This document shows, piece by piece, positions 25,970 through 38,054 of a DNA stretch of 64,000 nt; the stretch's first letter is position 1, and every line of letters starts with the position of its first letter. The notes beneath the pieces are model-generated. The model was not told the DNA's origin and did not search any database. It saw only the letters and a program-made list of their open reading frames with translations. The translations under genes and the position numbers were made by a program. Source of the DNA: Callorhinchus milii. Taxonomy: Eukaryota. The stretch covers positions 26,166,001-26,230,000 of the forward strand of contig NW_024704742.1 of the NCBI RefSeq assembly GCF_018977255.1, written 5' to 3'.

Positions 25970-26480
25970 GCGAGCGCCTGTGTGCCCCCCCCACCCCACC
26001 CCTTGACGCCATTACCTTGCCCGGCGCCCAGCCCGGGGGCAGCCCCTTGCCCGAGGCGGGCCTGATCTCCAGGGGGGCCCTCTCCTCCCTCTCGCTGGGG
26101 GAGCTGACCACCGAGCCCGAGACCTCGCTGGCGTCGCTGGCGCTCTCGCTCAGTCCGTCTGACTCCGGGGACAGGGGGTCCCGAGGAGTGCCGCCCCTCC
26201 TCCCGGGCCCGGAGCTGCGCCGACCCGCGCTGCAGGCGTCGAAGTCGATGGTCTTACTCTCGTAGGCGCCCTCCACCGTACAGAACATACCGCCGCGCTT
26301 CTGCCGCGGGGTCTGGGCCGCGCCGCCCGGTCTGGCCAGGTACACCGGCAGCTCGGCAGCCCCGGCACAGCGGCTCCTGCTCTCCGACATCGGAAATTTT
26401 TTTCTCCCCCCCGAGGGCGCACACAGAAGAAGTCGTCGTCGTCGTCGTCTCCTGACGCAGACACAGACAGACACGCAGAC
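25970..26480. promoter_or_regulatory. CpG island over CRMP1 exon 1A
   Basis: Very high GC and dense CpG compared with the CpG-depleted rest of the window. Confidence 0.8.
26016..26390 (-). CDS. CRMP1: CRMP1 long-isoform first coding exon (1A), 125 codons
   Basis: ATG at 26390 gives [52 protein letters not shown]...[20 protein letters not shown]...PGK, matching the CRMP1 long N-terminus motifs [15 protein letters not shown] and VEGAYExKTIDFDA; ends at phase-0 donor AAG|GTAATG; 375 nt; CpG-rich. Confidence 0.93.
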
Positions 26481-27290
26481 AGACAGAGAGGGAGACACAG
26501 AGAGAGAGAGACACAGAGAGAGAGAGACACAGAGAGACACACAGAGAGAGACAGACACAGAGAGAGACACAGAGAGAGAGAGACACAGAGAGAGACACAC
26601 AGAGAGAGACACACAGAGAGAGAGACACAGAGAGAGAGAGACACAGAGAGAGACAGAGAGAGAGAGACACAGAGAGAGAGACAGAGAGAGAGACAGACAC
26701 AGAGAGAGACAGAGAGAGAGAGACACAGAGAGAGACACAGAGACACAGAGAGAGACAGAGAGAGAGAGACACAGAGAGAGACACCGAGAGAGACACACAC
26801 AGAGAGAGACACACACAGAGAGAGACACAGACAGAGACACAGAGAGAGAGACAGAGAGAAAGAGACACAGAGAGAGACAGACACAGAGAGAGACAGACAC
26901 AGAGAGAGACAGAGAGAGAGAGACACAGAGAGAGACACAGAGACACACAGAGAGAGACAGAGACAGAGACACAAGAGAGAGACACAGAGAGACACACAGA
27001 GAGACACACACAGACAGAGAGACAGAGAGAGACACACACAGAGAGACAGACACAGAGAGAGAGAAACACCGAGAGAGACAGAGAGAGAGAGACACAGAGA
27101 GAGACGCACAGAGAGAGACACAGAGACACAGAGAGAGAGACAGAGACACAAGAGAGAGACACAGAGAGAGACACAGAGAGACACAGAGACACAGAGAGAG
27201 AGACAGAGACACAAGAGAGAGACACACAGAGAGACACACACAGACAGAGAGAGAGAGAGAGAGACACACAGAGAGAGACACAGAGAGAGA
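26455..27290. repeat. Long compound (GA)n/(CA)n microsatellite just upstream of the exon 1A ATG
   Basis: About 830 bp of GAGAGACACA-type units. Confidence 0.95.
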
Positions 27291-27696
27291 TAAGGCTACA
27301 AAAGCGGATCGAATCCACTCCAACTCAACTCAAGTCTATTCTCTCCCCCTCCCCTTTTTCTTTCTTTCTTTCTTTCTCTCTCTCTCTCTCTGTCGGTCTC
27401 ACTCACTCACTCACTTTCTCCCCCTCACACACACACACACACACACAAACACAGGGAGCTGATGGATCTGAGCCAAGATCTGTCCAGTCAATGAATGGGC
27501 TGATGGCTGGAGAATTGGTGCACATCAACTGACACGGAAGCGATAGAGTCTGCACGTTACATACATTTCGCACACACACACACACACAAAAAAAAGTATC
27601 CCTCGTTGGATGCAATGGGCTGAGGCTGTCTGACTTGACTTCAGTTCCTCCCTTAGAGGAGGAGCGTTGCAATGAATTATTAGCGGGAGGGTGAGC

Positions 27697-27948
27697 CAGG
27701 GAGGGAGTGGAGGGAGGGGAGGGGGGGAGGGAGGGGAGGGAGGGGAGGGGTGGGAGGGAGGGAGGGGAGGGGTGGGAGGGAGGGAGGGAGGGGAGGGGAG
27801 GGGAGGGGAGGGGAGGGAGGGAGGGAGGGGAGGGGAGCGGGGGGGGGAGGGAGGGAGGGAGGGAGGGAGGGGAGGGGTGGGAGGGAGGGGAGGGGAGGGG
27901 GAGGGAGGGAGGGAGGGAGGGGAGGGAGGGAGGGAGGGGAGGGAGGGA
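27697..27948 (+). repeat. (GGGA)n polypurine tract
   Basis: About 250 bp almost entirely G/A. Confidence 0.95.
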
Positions 27949-28120
27949 GTGGACCTGCTGAAAGCATCTCGACTGAAACGATCAGTCAAAGCCCACCCTG
28001 GGAAGCTGCCCCCGGTTGATCTGACTTTAGCTCATGATGAGCTGTCCTTTCAGCACCTCCTCGTCCAAAAACATTGGCACACAACACACACCCACACACA
28101 CACACAACACGCCAGCTTCA

Positions 28121-28451
28121 TAATAATAATAATAATAATAATAATCCTTGCATTTGATATAGCGCTTTTCACGTCGGGAGGACGTCCCAAAGCGCTTCGC
28201 AGGACGCACTGTAAAGCGAATCGACTGTATGTTTGTGGGCGAAGGCGGCAGCCAATTGCGCACAGCAATGTCCCACAAACAGTCGTAGATTGAAAATGAC
28301 CAATTTATTGTTGTTTTGGGTTTTTGGAGGGATATTATTAGGCTCTGTGTGGAGTAAGGAAACTTGCCCAAGGTTTCGCCCTCTGCCTGGAATTGAACTC
28401 AGGTCTCTCACTTGCAAAGCGAATGCTCCAACCACTGAGCTACAGGACTCC
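28121..28451 (-). mobile_element. tRNA-derived SINE, young short subfamily
   Basis: Nearly identical to the 56490-56810 copy. Confidence 0.9.
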
Positions 28452-28622
28452 TGTCATGGCTGATGACAGCACAAGCCACCCTGGCTCAAGGGCAGACCAG
28501 TCAGTAGGGGGCAGGGAGTCATCCCACTCGGCTCCTCTTAACCCCGCAAGCACAAGCCCTAAATGAGTAAGAAGGTGGTCCTAGCTGGACAAGTAGCGGA
28601 AAAAGCTGGCCGGTGATACAGT

Positions 28623-28990
28623 GGAGTCCTGTAGCTCGGTGGTTAGAGCACTCGTCTCGCAAGCGAGAGACCTGGGTTCGATTTCCGGCAGGGAGAAATG
28701 TTGGGCAAGGTTGCTTACTCCACACGCGCCTCTGTTTACCTCACAGTAAGTAGGAACCCGGTTGTTAATCGATGGCGGATCGCTTTTCTGGGGGGTAATA
28801 AATCCTTAAAAAACAAAATTGGTCACTTTAATCCACTACTATTTGTGGGACACTGCTGTGTATAATTGGCTGCCATGTTTCGCTCACAAAATATACAGTC
28901 AATTCACTTTACAGTATAGTGTGTGAAGCGCTTTGAGATGTCTTGAACACTTGATAAGGCGTTATATCAAATGGAAGGATTATTATTATT
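28623..28990 (+). mobile_element. tRNA-derived SINE, long subfamily
   Basis: B box GGTTCGATTTCC; extra internal segment GCCTCTGTTTACC...GATCGCTTTTC. Confidence 0.9.
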
Positions 28991-29622
28991 CCCTGGGTTC
29001 TCCCTCAGACTCACCGAACCTGTGCTCACCTGAGGTGTCCAGTGCGACTCCCAGCTGTCCTTCCTCCCCCACATCTGGTCCCTGACCAGGACTGCCTTTG
29101 TCCACCTCCGCCACATTGCCCACCTCCGACTGTACCTTACCCCGAATGCAGCCGAAATCCTCGTGCATGCGTTTGTCACCTCCTGCTTGGAATACTCCAA
29201 TGCACTTGTCACCGGTCTCCCCAGCTCTACCTTTCAAAAGATCCTGCTCATTCAAAACACTGCTGCCCACATACTGACCCGGACCAAACTCCGTACCCAC
29301 ATCTCACCAGTTCTGGCCAGGCTCCACTGGTTCCCCATCACCGAACGGATCGACTTCAAGATCCTCACACTCAAATCCCTTCACTCCCTGGCACCTCACT
29401 ACCTCTCCTCACTCCTCACTCCCCAATCCACCACCCGGCGCCTCTGCTCGACCATCACTGGCCTCCTGCTCGTCCCTCGTACCCTCTGCCTCACCATCAG
29501 AGGCCTTGCTTTCAAGCCACTACACTACAAAACACTGGAACGCTCTCCCTCAATCCCTCCACCAGGCTCCGTCACTGTGTAAGTACTCTGAGATGCTAAT
29601 CTGCATGTCAAGTTGTGTTATT
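28991..29622 (+). mobile_element. L2 3' ORF2 fragment
   Basis: HAFVTS.L.YSN.L..GLP...IQN.AA..LT...HISPVLARLHW. Confidence 0.88.
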
Positions 29623-30754
29623 ATTATCAATGGCAAGCTATGCAGTTTTAGCTGGTTAGACTCCAGCAGTACCCCCAACGCACAGTCTGGGGTCCCCAAG
29701 CCTTGGCTCTTGCCAACTCTCCAGGGAGAGAGTGCGCATTCTATTCCAATAATCCATCTCCGGGATTTCCATATATAGGTAAAATGCATGGAACTCGCAG
29801 TTTTGTTCAGATAGTCTTAAGCATAGGTTTCCGCATGTGTCAAACACCCGGCTGACTAAAAAACTCCCATTACAAAACACTGACACGCATGTCAGGCAGA
29901 TTTAAATTAGGGTCAGTGGACTTTTCCTCTCTCCCTTGAGGTATAATTCTTGCAACTTTTGATCAACTTATTTGAAAGTTTTTTTGGTAAAAGGCATTTC
30001 TTACTTGTAAATATGATTTTAAATGGCTGCCGTATTTCACCCACAAAACACAGTTAATCCACTTTACAGTATGTCCTGTGAAGCGCTTTGAGATGTCTCG
30101 ACGCTGTGATAAAGTGCTATATGAAATGCAAGTATTATTATTATCACATAAATAGAAGCTATATGTGCCCTTTTTGTTTTGTCAGATAAGTGTCGCATGT
30201 GAAAATCATCCCTATGCTTAAGAGTGTCCAAACCAAACAGAGTTCCATGCATCTCATCTATGCATGGAAATTTCAGCTAATAAAATAGAAATTCAAAGAA
30301 TTGTTCCTGAATAGGGGAACTCGTCACATATATTGTTAAAAGAATTAACAAGGCAAAATTGTCATGGCTTTATGCGGCCAAAAATATGTTACAATTGATT
30401 TCCCTTTTGAAAAAGGTTAAGTGAAACCCTTTAGCCTAAACTACCAAAACAAGGTTGCATCTTAGTGACAGAAAATGAATGCTGAATGCCCAACAAATTG
30501 AAATAAATCCTGACCCTGTCTAAAAACACTGACCTCTATCCTTAAATTTGCTTTGGCACCTTTCATGTCAGGAGGACAGCCCAAAATGCTTCACAGGATT
30601 TACTGTGACGTGACTAGAATTGTTAGTGAAGGAGGCAGCCCGATTTCTGCACAGGAATGTCCAACAGTGTCTAACAGGAAGGTTAATTATCATGTCTCAT
30701 GTTACCCCAAATATTCATTGTTGTTATTAGTTGTAAAGTTTTTACTTATCTCTT

Positions 30755-31150
30755 ACCTCAGAGTCAAAAGACAGTGGGTTTGAACTCATATAGTCTAGAC
30801 TGATACAATACAAAAATACATTTGTACAACGCCTTTCACATCGAGAGGACAATGATACTTTCATACAGTGCTGGGAGAGCACTGCATTGTTGGAGGAGTC
30901 GTCCTTTGAATGAGATTTTAATCTAAGGTCCCATACGACTGTTCAAGTGGATGTTAAAGATCCCACTATTGAAAAAGAGAAGGGAGTTTCTTCCAGTCAC
31001 TCACTCCATGGCTGTTTATGGGACATTGCTGTCACACAACTGGCTGCCATGTTTCGCTCACAAAATACAGTCAAAAACCACTTTACAGTAAATCCTGTGC
31101 AGCGTTTTGAGATATCTCGATGACGTGAAAGGCACTACATCAAACGTAAG
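30755..31150 (+). mobile_element. Degraded DeuSINE-like element
   Basis: Matches the 49815 copy (GTCCTTTGAATGAGATTT...GTTCAAGTGGATGTTAAAGATCCC). Confidence 0.7.
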
Positions 31151-31239
31151 GTTTATACCATTAGCGTAGGCCAGAATCCTTCCTCCTTTGCAGTGGCTTC
31201 CTTTTTTGCCATAAATCCAACTCACAGCTCATTCCTGGA

Positions 31240-31800
31240 CTTCGGAAATGGGCTGGAGGATCACCAGGAGTTCAGAACCACAGTGGATACCCGTTTGCAC
31301 GCAGGTCTTATACACTACAAGGTTGACTGCATTGGGACCTTGTTGTCCTTGAAGAGAGACGAGCATAACCAGAGTGCCCTACTCTGCAGAATTCTTTACA
31401 ATGTCTAATAACTCTTAAAGAAATTATGATATATTTTGTTAGAGAATAAGATAGCTTCATGACTTTTTGGTCACCCTATACTTATAAGAATCATCAATTG
31501 GGACTGATGCCCTTTGTACCTTCCAGTCAATACACTCAATTTTTTTTCCTGAGCTGTGCAGAGCCATGATTCCGCACTTGGGGGCAACCAAAATCATGTC
31601 GCACTGGGTGGCCCAGTGTTCAACACAGTGAGTGCAGCGCATAAGATCTCCAGCTGAGTCCACATTAGCACAAAATCATCCGCAAACAGAAATCCCATAA
31701 TCCTGTCGGAAAGGCCTGGAACAGATACATCAAGTCCACCCCCACTCAATACATCGAATAGGGTGGGATGACAATGGGCAGCCTCCCATACATGTTTACA
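31240..31800 (-). mobile_element. Decayed non-LTR RT fragment of a clade other than the local L2/CR1
   Basis: With frameshifts: GCPLS.PTLFD...VSVPGLSDRIMGFLFADDFVL..DSAGDL....VEHWA..CDM....KCGIM...VPIDDSYKY...VYKTCV....CGSELL. Confidence 0.7.
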
Positions 31801-31914
31801 CATATACAAATCATGTTGTGGTGCTCACTCACTTGGCATTTCAGAGGATGGAATCAATAGGCCAAACAGAAGTGAAATCCTAAACAAAATCTGGGAACTA
31901 AATCGCAACAAGGA

Positions 31915-34900
31915 AAGCGATTCCATTTCATTTTAATATAAAATGCATACATTATACAATATACAAATGTATCGAAATCATTTACATGTGACCAGCATAT
32001 AAAAATAACCTTACAATTTTATTAACAAGTAAATCAACAAGTTTAAGTAACTTTTTCCACGTTATTTGATAAACATCTTATAAATGTGTGATGTACAGCC
32101 ATTTAGTAAACATTGGTAACTACAATACGTGTATTTAATAATCTGTACATTGGAAATCTGGTGACAGACTTCTCTTACACTTCTATTGTTTAATAAAGTG
32201 CACATCTAAACTCTACTCCATTATGTTTCCTCCTTTTTTGCAAGGCATTTGCAGACTAAGAAAAAATGTTCACCACCGAGCCTTATAGAGAAACTCTATA
32301 ACAATCGATGATATCTAACTCAAGAAGATTTTGCTCTGGAGAGACAAAACCAAACCATTTTGGCTTGTGCAGAAACTAGTATTGGTATATTTGCTTCCTC
32401 TCTGCCCCCATAAGGCACTAAAGGATTTATAAAGTGTCAGAAACAAATTTAAAACCTAGTTGAATTGTGTGTGTAAGGATACCTGTTTTTGTCCCATTGG
32501 AAAAGAAATGAAGAAAAGATGTGGGTATTGTTTCTTGTAGGCTGGTATTTATGTAAATGGATTAAAGTTTAGATCTGCTGTTTGTCACAAGGCCACAGTA
32601 CAATATCAACGACTCATGCACTGCAGTTTTTTTTAAATCAACAAACATTACAAAGTTTCAGAAGAAAGGGAGTGCAAAGGGACTCTTCAATTGGATCCAT
32701 TTCCTCATTTGAGCAAAATTACTATGTCTCATGCAACAAAAAAAATCACTGAATGCTCTTGGATTATCCACAATATTGTTCAGTGAAAGCTCAAAGTTAC
32801 TGGCAAATTTATTTGTGAAATCAAATCACCCCCATCTACTTTACTAGTGATTAAATAGTACAGAGCATAACGCATATGCATCAACATTAACAGTGTTTAA
32901 CAGTATCGGCAGAAAGGGAATTGTGTCAATTGAGGGAAAACATCTGGTCTAAACCATTAGAGGCTCCTAATGTTAGTAGTACCACAACAAGAACCAAGCG
33001 AATCAAGGGACTGGGATGATATCAAATATTTCCAAGTTTAATAATTCACAGATTTTGGTATCGAGTACCTCGGAGAAGACGGAAGGAATAATGTTCTAAT
33101 ATTTTTAGGTAAGACTTTCACACTCAAGTAAGACCCACCAGTATTGGAGGCTTTACCCTCCAACCTTTACAGGATTGATAAATGCAGTAGCAACTAAAGG
33201 ACTGACCCCGTTGTGACCAATTCTCATTGTTTTGTGGGAAGCAAATTTCTGTCAAGAACAAATTTAGGAAGAATTACACTCCCACGACACCTCAAAAGTT
33301 GTCAGTGCAGTCTCTTTCTTTCTTCAAAAATAAATTCAAAGTATTTATTTTTCTTCTTCAGGTGCAATAGACAATGAAAAGTGCAAACAAGTAGTCTCAT
33401 CCTGTACACATGATATACAAATATAGAACAAAGAATAAATAAGCACTATTGCCTCCTGAATGAAGTCCTGAGATACACTTCAAAAGAAGTGAAATGTTAA
33501 ACAAATCTGCTTAGTGATAACTGCGCTAAGTTATTATTTTATTTTAAAAAAAGGCCCTTGACGTCAGTCACGCAGAAGACTAGTATCAGGATAGAGAGAT
33601 GTAAAGTAGCCCTGTGTCTCCTCTGCATGTACTGGCTTATTAAGTTCCGCACACATGCAACTATGATGAATGGTGTTTCGTGAATGAATTCAAGAGAAAG
33701 TCCCTTTGTTTGCTGTTTATCTGAGTCACAAATCAACATCCAAGACAATATTCTCACACATATAACCTATATTTGAATTCCCAATTTTTTTTTACAATTG
33801 ATGAACTGAATGCTGAGTTCCATTATTTCTGAGGAAATAAATGTTGTGCTGTTCTGTATCTATCTGCCTTGAGAAGACACAGACTAATGGCACCGCTGTA
33901 CAGCGCCACAAGCTCTGGTGAGAATTGCGATCCAGATTTTTTAGGTTTTCATTTTAGTTGCTAATAGTTACTTGTGCTGAGTTAAAGCTTTTTTCTGACC
34001 AAACATGGAAGAGAGCGCATAAAGAACATTGGATACAAACTTCAAAGACCTAGTAGAAAGGTCCCGGATATTGGCAAGGAATACAAAGCAGGAACCAAGA
34101 GGAAGGTAACATGAGAATTAAACACATATACCTTGTAACAAATTAAAGGCAAAGATTAATTCAAGGCTGTGGTTTTGCTGGGTGTTAGCACCAAATGGAA
34201 TTGGAGGATAAACTTCATTTGCAGATATTCTTAACCTGTATTCATAGAGCACGACCGTTTATTGTTCTAGCAGAGTTGTGGCTTTAACCAGCAGCATTGT
34301 ACATTTAGATCTTCTGCACAGCAAGCTTGCCCTTTCAATCAACCTACAAATATTTTCAGAAATAAAGAAAAGTACACAAGAAACCCAATTCAGTCTTCAC
34401 GTTACAACATTTAGGATACATCTTTACATATGTGTATATATCTATATATAGCTACATGTAATGACTCAGGATGGTAGATTAACATGCATTTATGCTGCTG
34501 AATCAATCATGACTTGCATTTATATAGCACTTTATAAGCAAAAGAACATTTTAAAGTACATGCCTTGTTGCATTATATGATCATAGGCACATAAGGAGTT
34601 ATCAAGAGTTCTCGTAGCTTTAACAAGTTGCATTGTACATTTAGATCGTCAGGATAGCAAGTATGTCCTTTTAATGTTTCAATTCTGCAAATATTTTCAG
34701 AGTCAGAAGATAATGGAAAGGGCCGTTTCAATGCCCGTCATGGTAAGTTGACACACAGTGCATTATGAGATATGGTGGGTGTCATCTCTAGTCATCATAC
34801 CAGAGATTTCAGTGTTGCACCACTTAAACAGATACTTGTGCAGTGGGGCTCAACGAAGATTGCACAACTAAATCAGCTGGTTCTACATAAATGACTTTTG

Positions 34901-35035
34901 TATTAAATCAAACCATTGCGTGCATACATTTTGCACAAAAATTGTAATATAGCTCAGGAAAGTAATTTTACCACATGAGTGAATTAACATATTACGATTT
35001 TAGATGAGAGTGATCAGACCTCAGCCTCACCTCTT
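31915..35035 (-). other. Probable 3' UTR of the RIMBP-like gene
   Basis: Nearly free of SINE/LINE copies, AT-rich, ends in minus-strand poly(A) hexamers. Confidence 0.5.
31932..32023 (-). terminator. Candidate polyadenylation signals (AATAAA at 32023-32018, ATTAAA at 31937-31932)
   Basis: Hexamers on minus strand; GT/T-rich tract (TTTCCTTGTTGCG...TTTTGTTT) downstream of the ATTAAA. Confidence 0.45.
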
Positions 35036-35149
35036 TCACACACGTTTCAGCAGCAGGCGTCTATTCACATTTTGATTGTGGAGATGTTCAGAGCAGCTGG
35101 AAATATTGGGTATCCCATGATGTCCTGGAGATGAACCCACTGACTTTGT
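35036..35149 (-). CDS. RIMBP-like probable terminal coding exon (TKSVGSSPGHHGIPNISSCSEHLHNQNVNRRLLLKRV*)
   Basis: Strong acceptor TTTTTCTCTTCCAG, phase 0, 37 codons then TGA at 35038-35036; followed by about 3 kb of repeat-poor AT-rich sequence; no homology support for the peptide. Confidence 0.6.
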   Translation of the reverse strand, partial: TKSVGSSPGHHGIPNISSCSEHLHNQNVNRRLLLKRV

Positions 35150-35599
35150 CTGGAAGAGAAAAATAATTTACCCAAAACCACGTCTATTAATTATTATTAT
35201 TAATAATAAGAATCCGTGCATTTGATATAGCACCTTATCAAGTTGTCAAGACACCTCAAAGTGTTTCACAGGATTTTGCTGTAATGTGTAGTGTGTTTGC
35301 GGTGACAAAAGTGGCAGCCAATTTGTTCATAGCAATGTCAAGTGCTCCGGGACACTACCCTGTGCGAAGGGGGCTATATAAATGCAAGTTGTTGCTGTCG
35401 TTGTCTCACAAACAGCTATCAAGCCATGGGGATTATTGGCCAGGACACCAGGAGAAACTTTTTTTGAATAGTGCTGCAGGAAATTTAAATCTACCTGAAC
35501 AAGCAGATGAGAACTCAGTTTAATGTCTCATCTGAAGGAAGGCAGCTCCAACAATGCAGTGCATCCCCAGGAGATTTGTGCAGCACCGAAAGACATTAT

Positions 35600-36720
35600 G
35601 AGGAAGCCAGTTACTGGGGAGGTTCAAACAGACTGGAAGCAGGTTAATGTGGCTCCTATATTCAAGAAAGTGACAGAACCATACCAGGATACTATATACC
35701 CATTATCCTGACCTCATTAATTGGAAAACAAATGGAGTCAATTATCAGAATAAAAAAGGAATTTGACTATATAACAATAATCTACTAAATGACCACCAAA
35801 ATGGTTTCAGAAGAGATAGATTTTGTTTGACCAATCTCAATTTTTGAGAAGGTAACAATCCAAACTGACTATAAGAAGCCACCAGTTACAGTATAACTAG
35901 ACTTCTAAGAGGTTATCAAGCATACGGCATGGACATAGATTTGAAATTGGCTCAAAGGAAGAAAATGGGGTTGTTAGGGAAGGTGGCCTCAGATGGCTAT
36001 ATTGGGACATCTCTTTTTTCTTCTATACCTTAATATGCAGACTCAATCCAAGGTAGCTAAATTTGCAGACAACACCAAGTTGGGATAACTGTGAAATCAA
36101 AGGAGGCAGCAAAGATCTTAGAGAGGAAGATCTCATTAAGATTATGCATATGTTGATTGGCAAATACGTTCAATGCAGATAAATGACTGCGTTTGCTTAC
36201 AAAATACACAGTCATTATATTATATATAACATTATATCCTGTGAAGCACTTTGGGGCATCCTCCCAGCCTAAAATTATCTCAAATTATTTATTAATAAAA
36301 TGAAAGGCAATGAATATAGGAATTAAGAATAGGAGGCACATATACTCCATAGATGGCATAGAGATCATAGAACCATGGATGCTGAAAGATATCTAGGGGT
36401 GATAGTTGACTCTAGGGTGTTAGTTGACTCTAGAGGTGTTCACCATGGCAAAACTTGTTAAAGTGGGAGGCACCAATAAGCACAGCAAAGAGGATGCTGA
36501 GCTATAGTACCAAATTAGTTGAGTTCAGATCCCTAGAAGTCATATTTAAGATGTAGAGAGCTCTAAGCAACTGCACCTAGAATAATGAGTACAGTTGTGG
36601 TTGCCATGACATAAGGGAGCTGTTCAGGCCCAAGATGCCATGCAGAGGAGAGGAAGAAGGATGATCTCCAGTATTAGAGGAATGAGCTGTGAACAGCATT
36701 TAGACAAGCCAGTGTCATTT
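35600..36720 (+). mobile_element. Heavily decayed CR1-like LINE RT region
   Basis: DWKQVNVAPIFKK, GF....CLTNL, KFADNTKL, KDLGV, LEY..Q.W remnants. Confidence 0.75.
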
Positions 36721-38054
36721 CAGAGGAGGATTTATTGCTTCGAGCTATTTTTTGTAAAAAAAAATGTTTTGACGGTATCATGCCTGACTTAGAATGTTTT
36801 TTCCTCCAATAAATGCAGAGCCCAAATCACCAAGGAAACTGCACCAAAATAAAACATCTCCTCAGTTTGAGATTTAGGAGGAAGAAGATAATTAATCTGA
36901 CAACTACTGGATTACTTGTTTGTACAATTAACAGTCTGTTGCTATTAAATTGTCTTATCTGTGCATTTCCTCTGGATGAACCAGGAATAGTATTTTTCCT
37001 ACCCATTTCACGGATTTTGTTTGCAGCTGTCACACTGAAGCTCTCACTGCACAAATGAATGAAGGAAAAGCTCTGAACATCCTGTTGCAGTTTTCTGCAC
37101 AGCACATCTCTGTCCTGTCAGAGAGCATTTGCAAAACAAGCACTATACAGTCCATCAGTGTAAGATGCTATATATGAATAACTAGAAATATGATGGGATT
37201 ACAGAACATTCCTTAATCTGCAGAAATCATGATGTCAACTAAGATATTTTCATCTCATTATGGATATACAATGGCATTCCAGTTGAATTTAAAACTGCAG
37301 ATCAGTTCTGGAATTCTGTCATCAGTGTTTCTAGAGCTGTGCTTTGAAATGTCTTCCCAACATGAAAGGTGCTATGTAAATGTTAATTGTATTGTATTGC
37401 GTTCAAAACGATGGTAGAAAATGTCTCGTAATGAACTTGTTGTATTTGGCTTAAAGATGAACAGGTCAATTTGTGTTCCTATCAAGAAAAAGAAATTGTG
37501 TTCTTGCAATGACTTGTAAAGAGTCATATTTTGTCATTAGTTTGCATCCCTCTAATGCGCCTCCTCCTACCCCACTTTTAAAACCCGCCTTTAGATCTAT
37601 ATTTTGGAATGAGCGAGCTACTCATCCCCCCACCCTTCTCAACCATGTCCCCCCTCCCCCCCACCTCCCCCCACCCATCAATCTCGTACAGACCCCCCCC
37701 ACCCTCCATCAATCTCATCTCTAGTCTCCACCCTTTTCATGCTCGACCTCAGGCCTCTTCCTCACCTCTTCAGTCCCATATCCATTCCAACACCTTTTTC
37801 AGTTCCGTTCTCTCTTCCTTCACCCTCCTCAGGCCCATCTTATCCATTTCCTCAGCCCCATTCCCCTCCACCAACCTTCGGCTCCCAGTCAGATCTGTTA
37901 AGTTCTTTGAGATGTAAATGTAAATTGTTGTCTTTGCTGATCAGGGATTATTGGTCTGAATTAGCGCAAGGGTTTGATTCTTACCAGTTGTGTTGCCATA
38001 AATACATTCAGTACATTCAAATATACAATCAATTTGAATTTGGGAATTTCAGTT

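Noticed and set aside
952..26390. Assignment as DPYSL2/3/4 or dihydropyrimidinase
   Set aside because: ID.NT.L.KP, NSFQVYMAYKD and the long N-terminus [15 protein letters not shown] fit CRMP1; the HxH metal motif is absent
26391..27323. N-terminal 310 aa of the 455-aa ORF
   Set aside because: Microsatellite read-through; homology to CRMP1 starts at the ATG at 26390
25346..28293. Pro-rich and Gly-rich ORFs
   Set aside because: Products of the G-rich and (GGGA)n tracts
36827..37105. Alternative last exon for the RIMBP-like gene
   Set aside because: Its acceptor-like site gives an immediate TGA in phase 0; the 35149 acceptor is stronger and leads into UTR-like sequence, though an alternative end cannot be excluded
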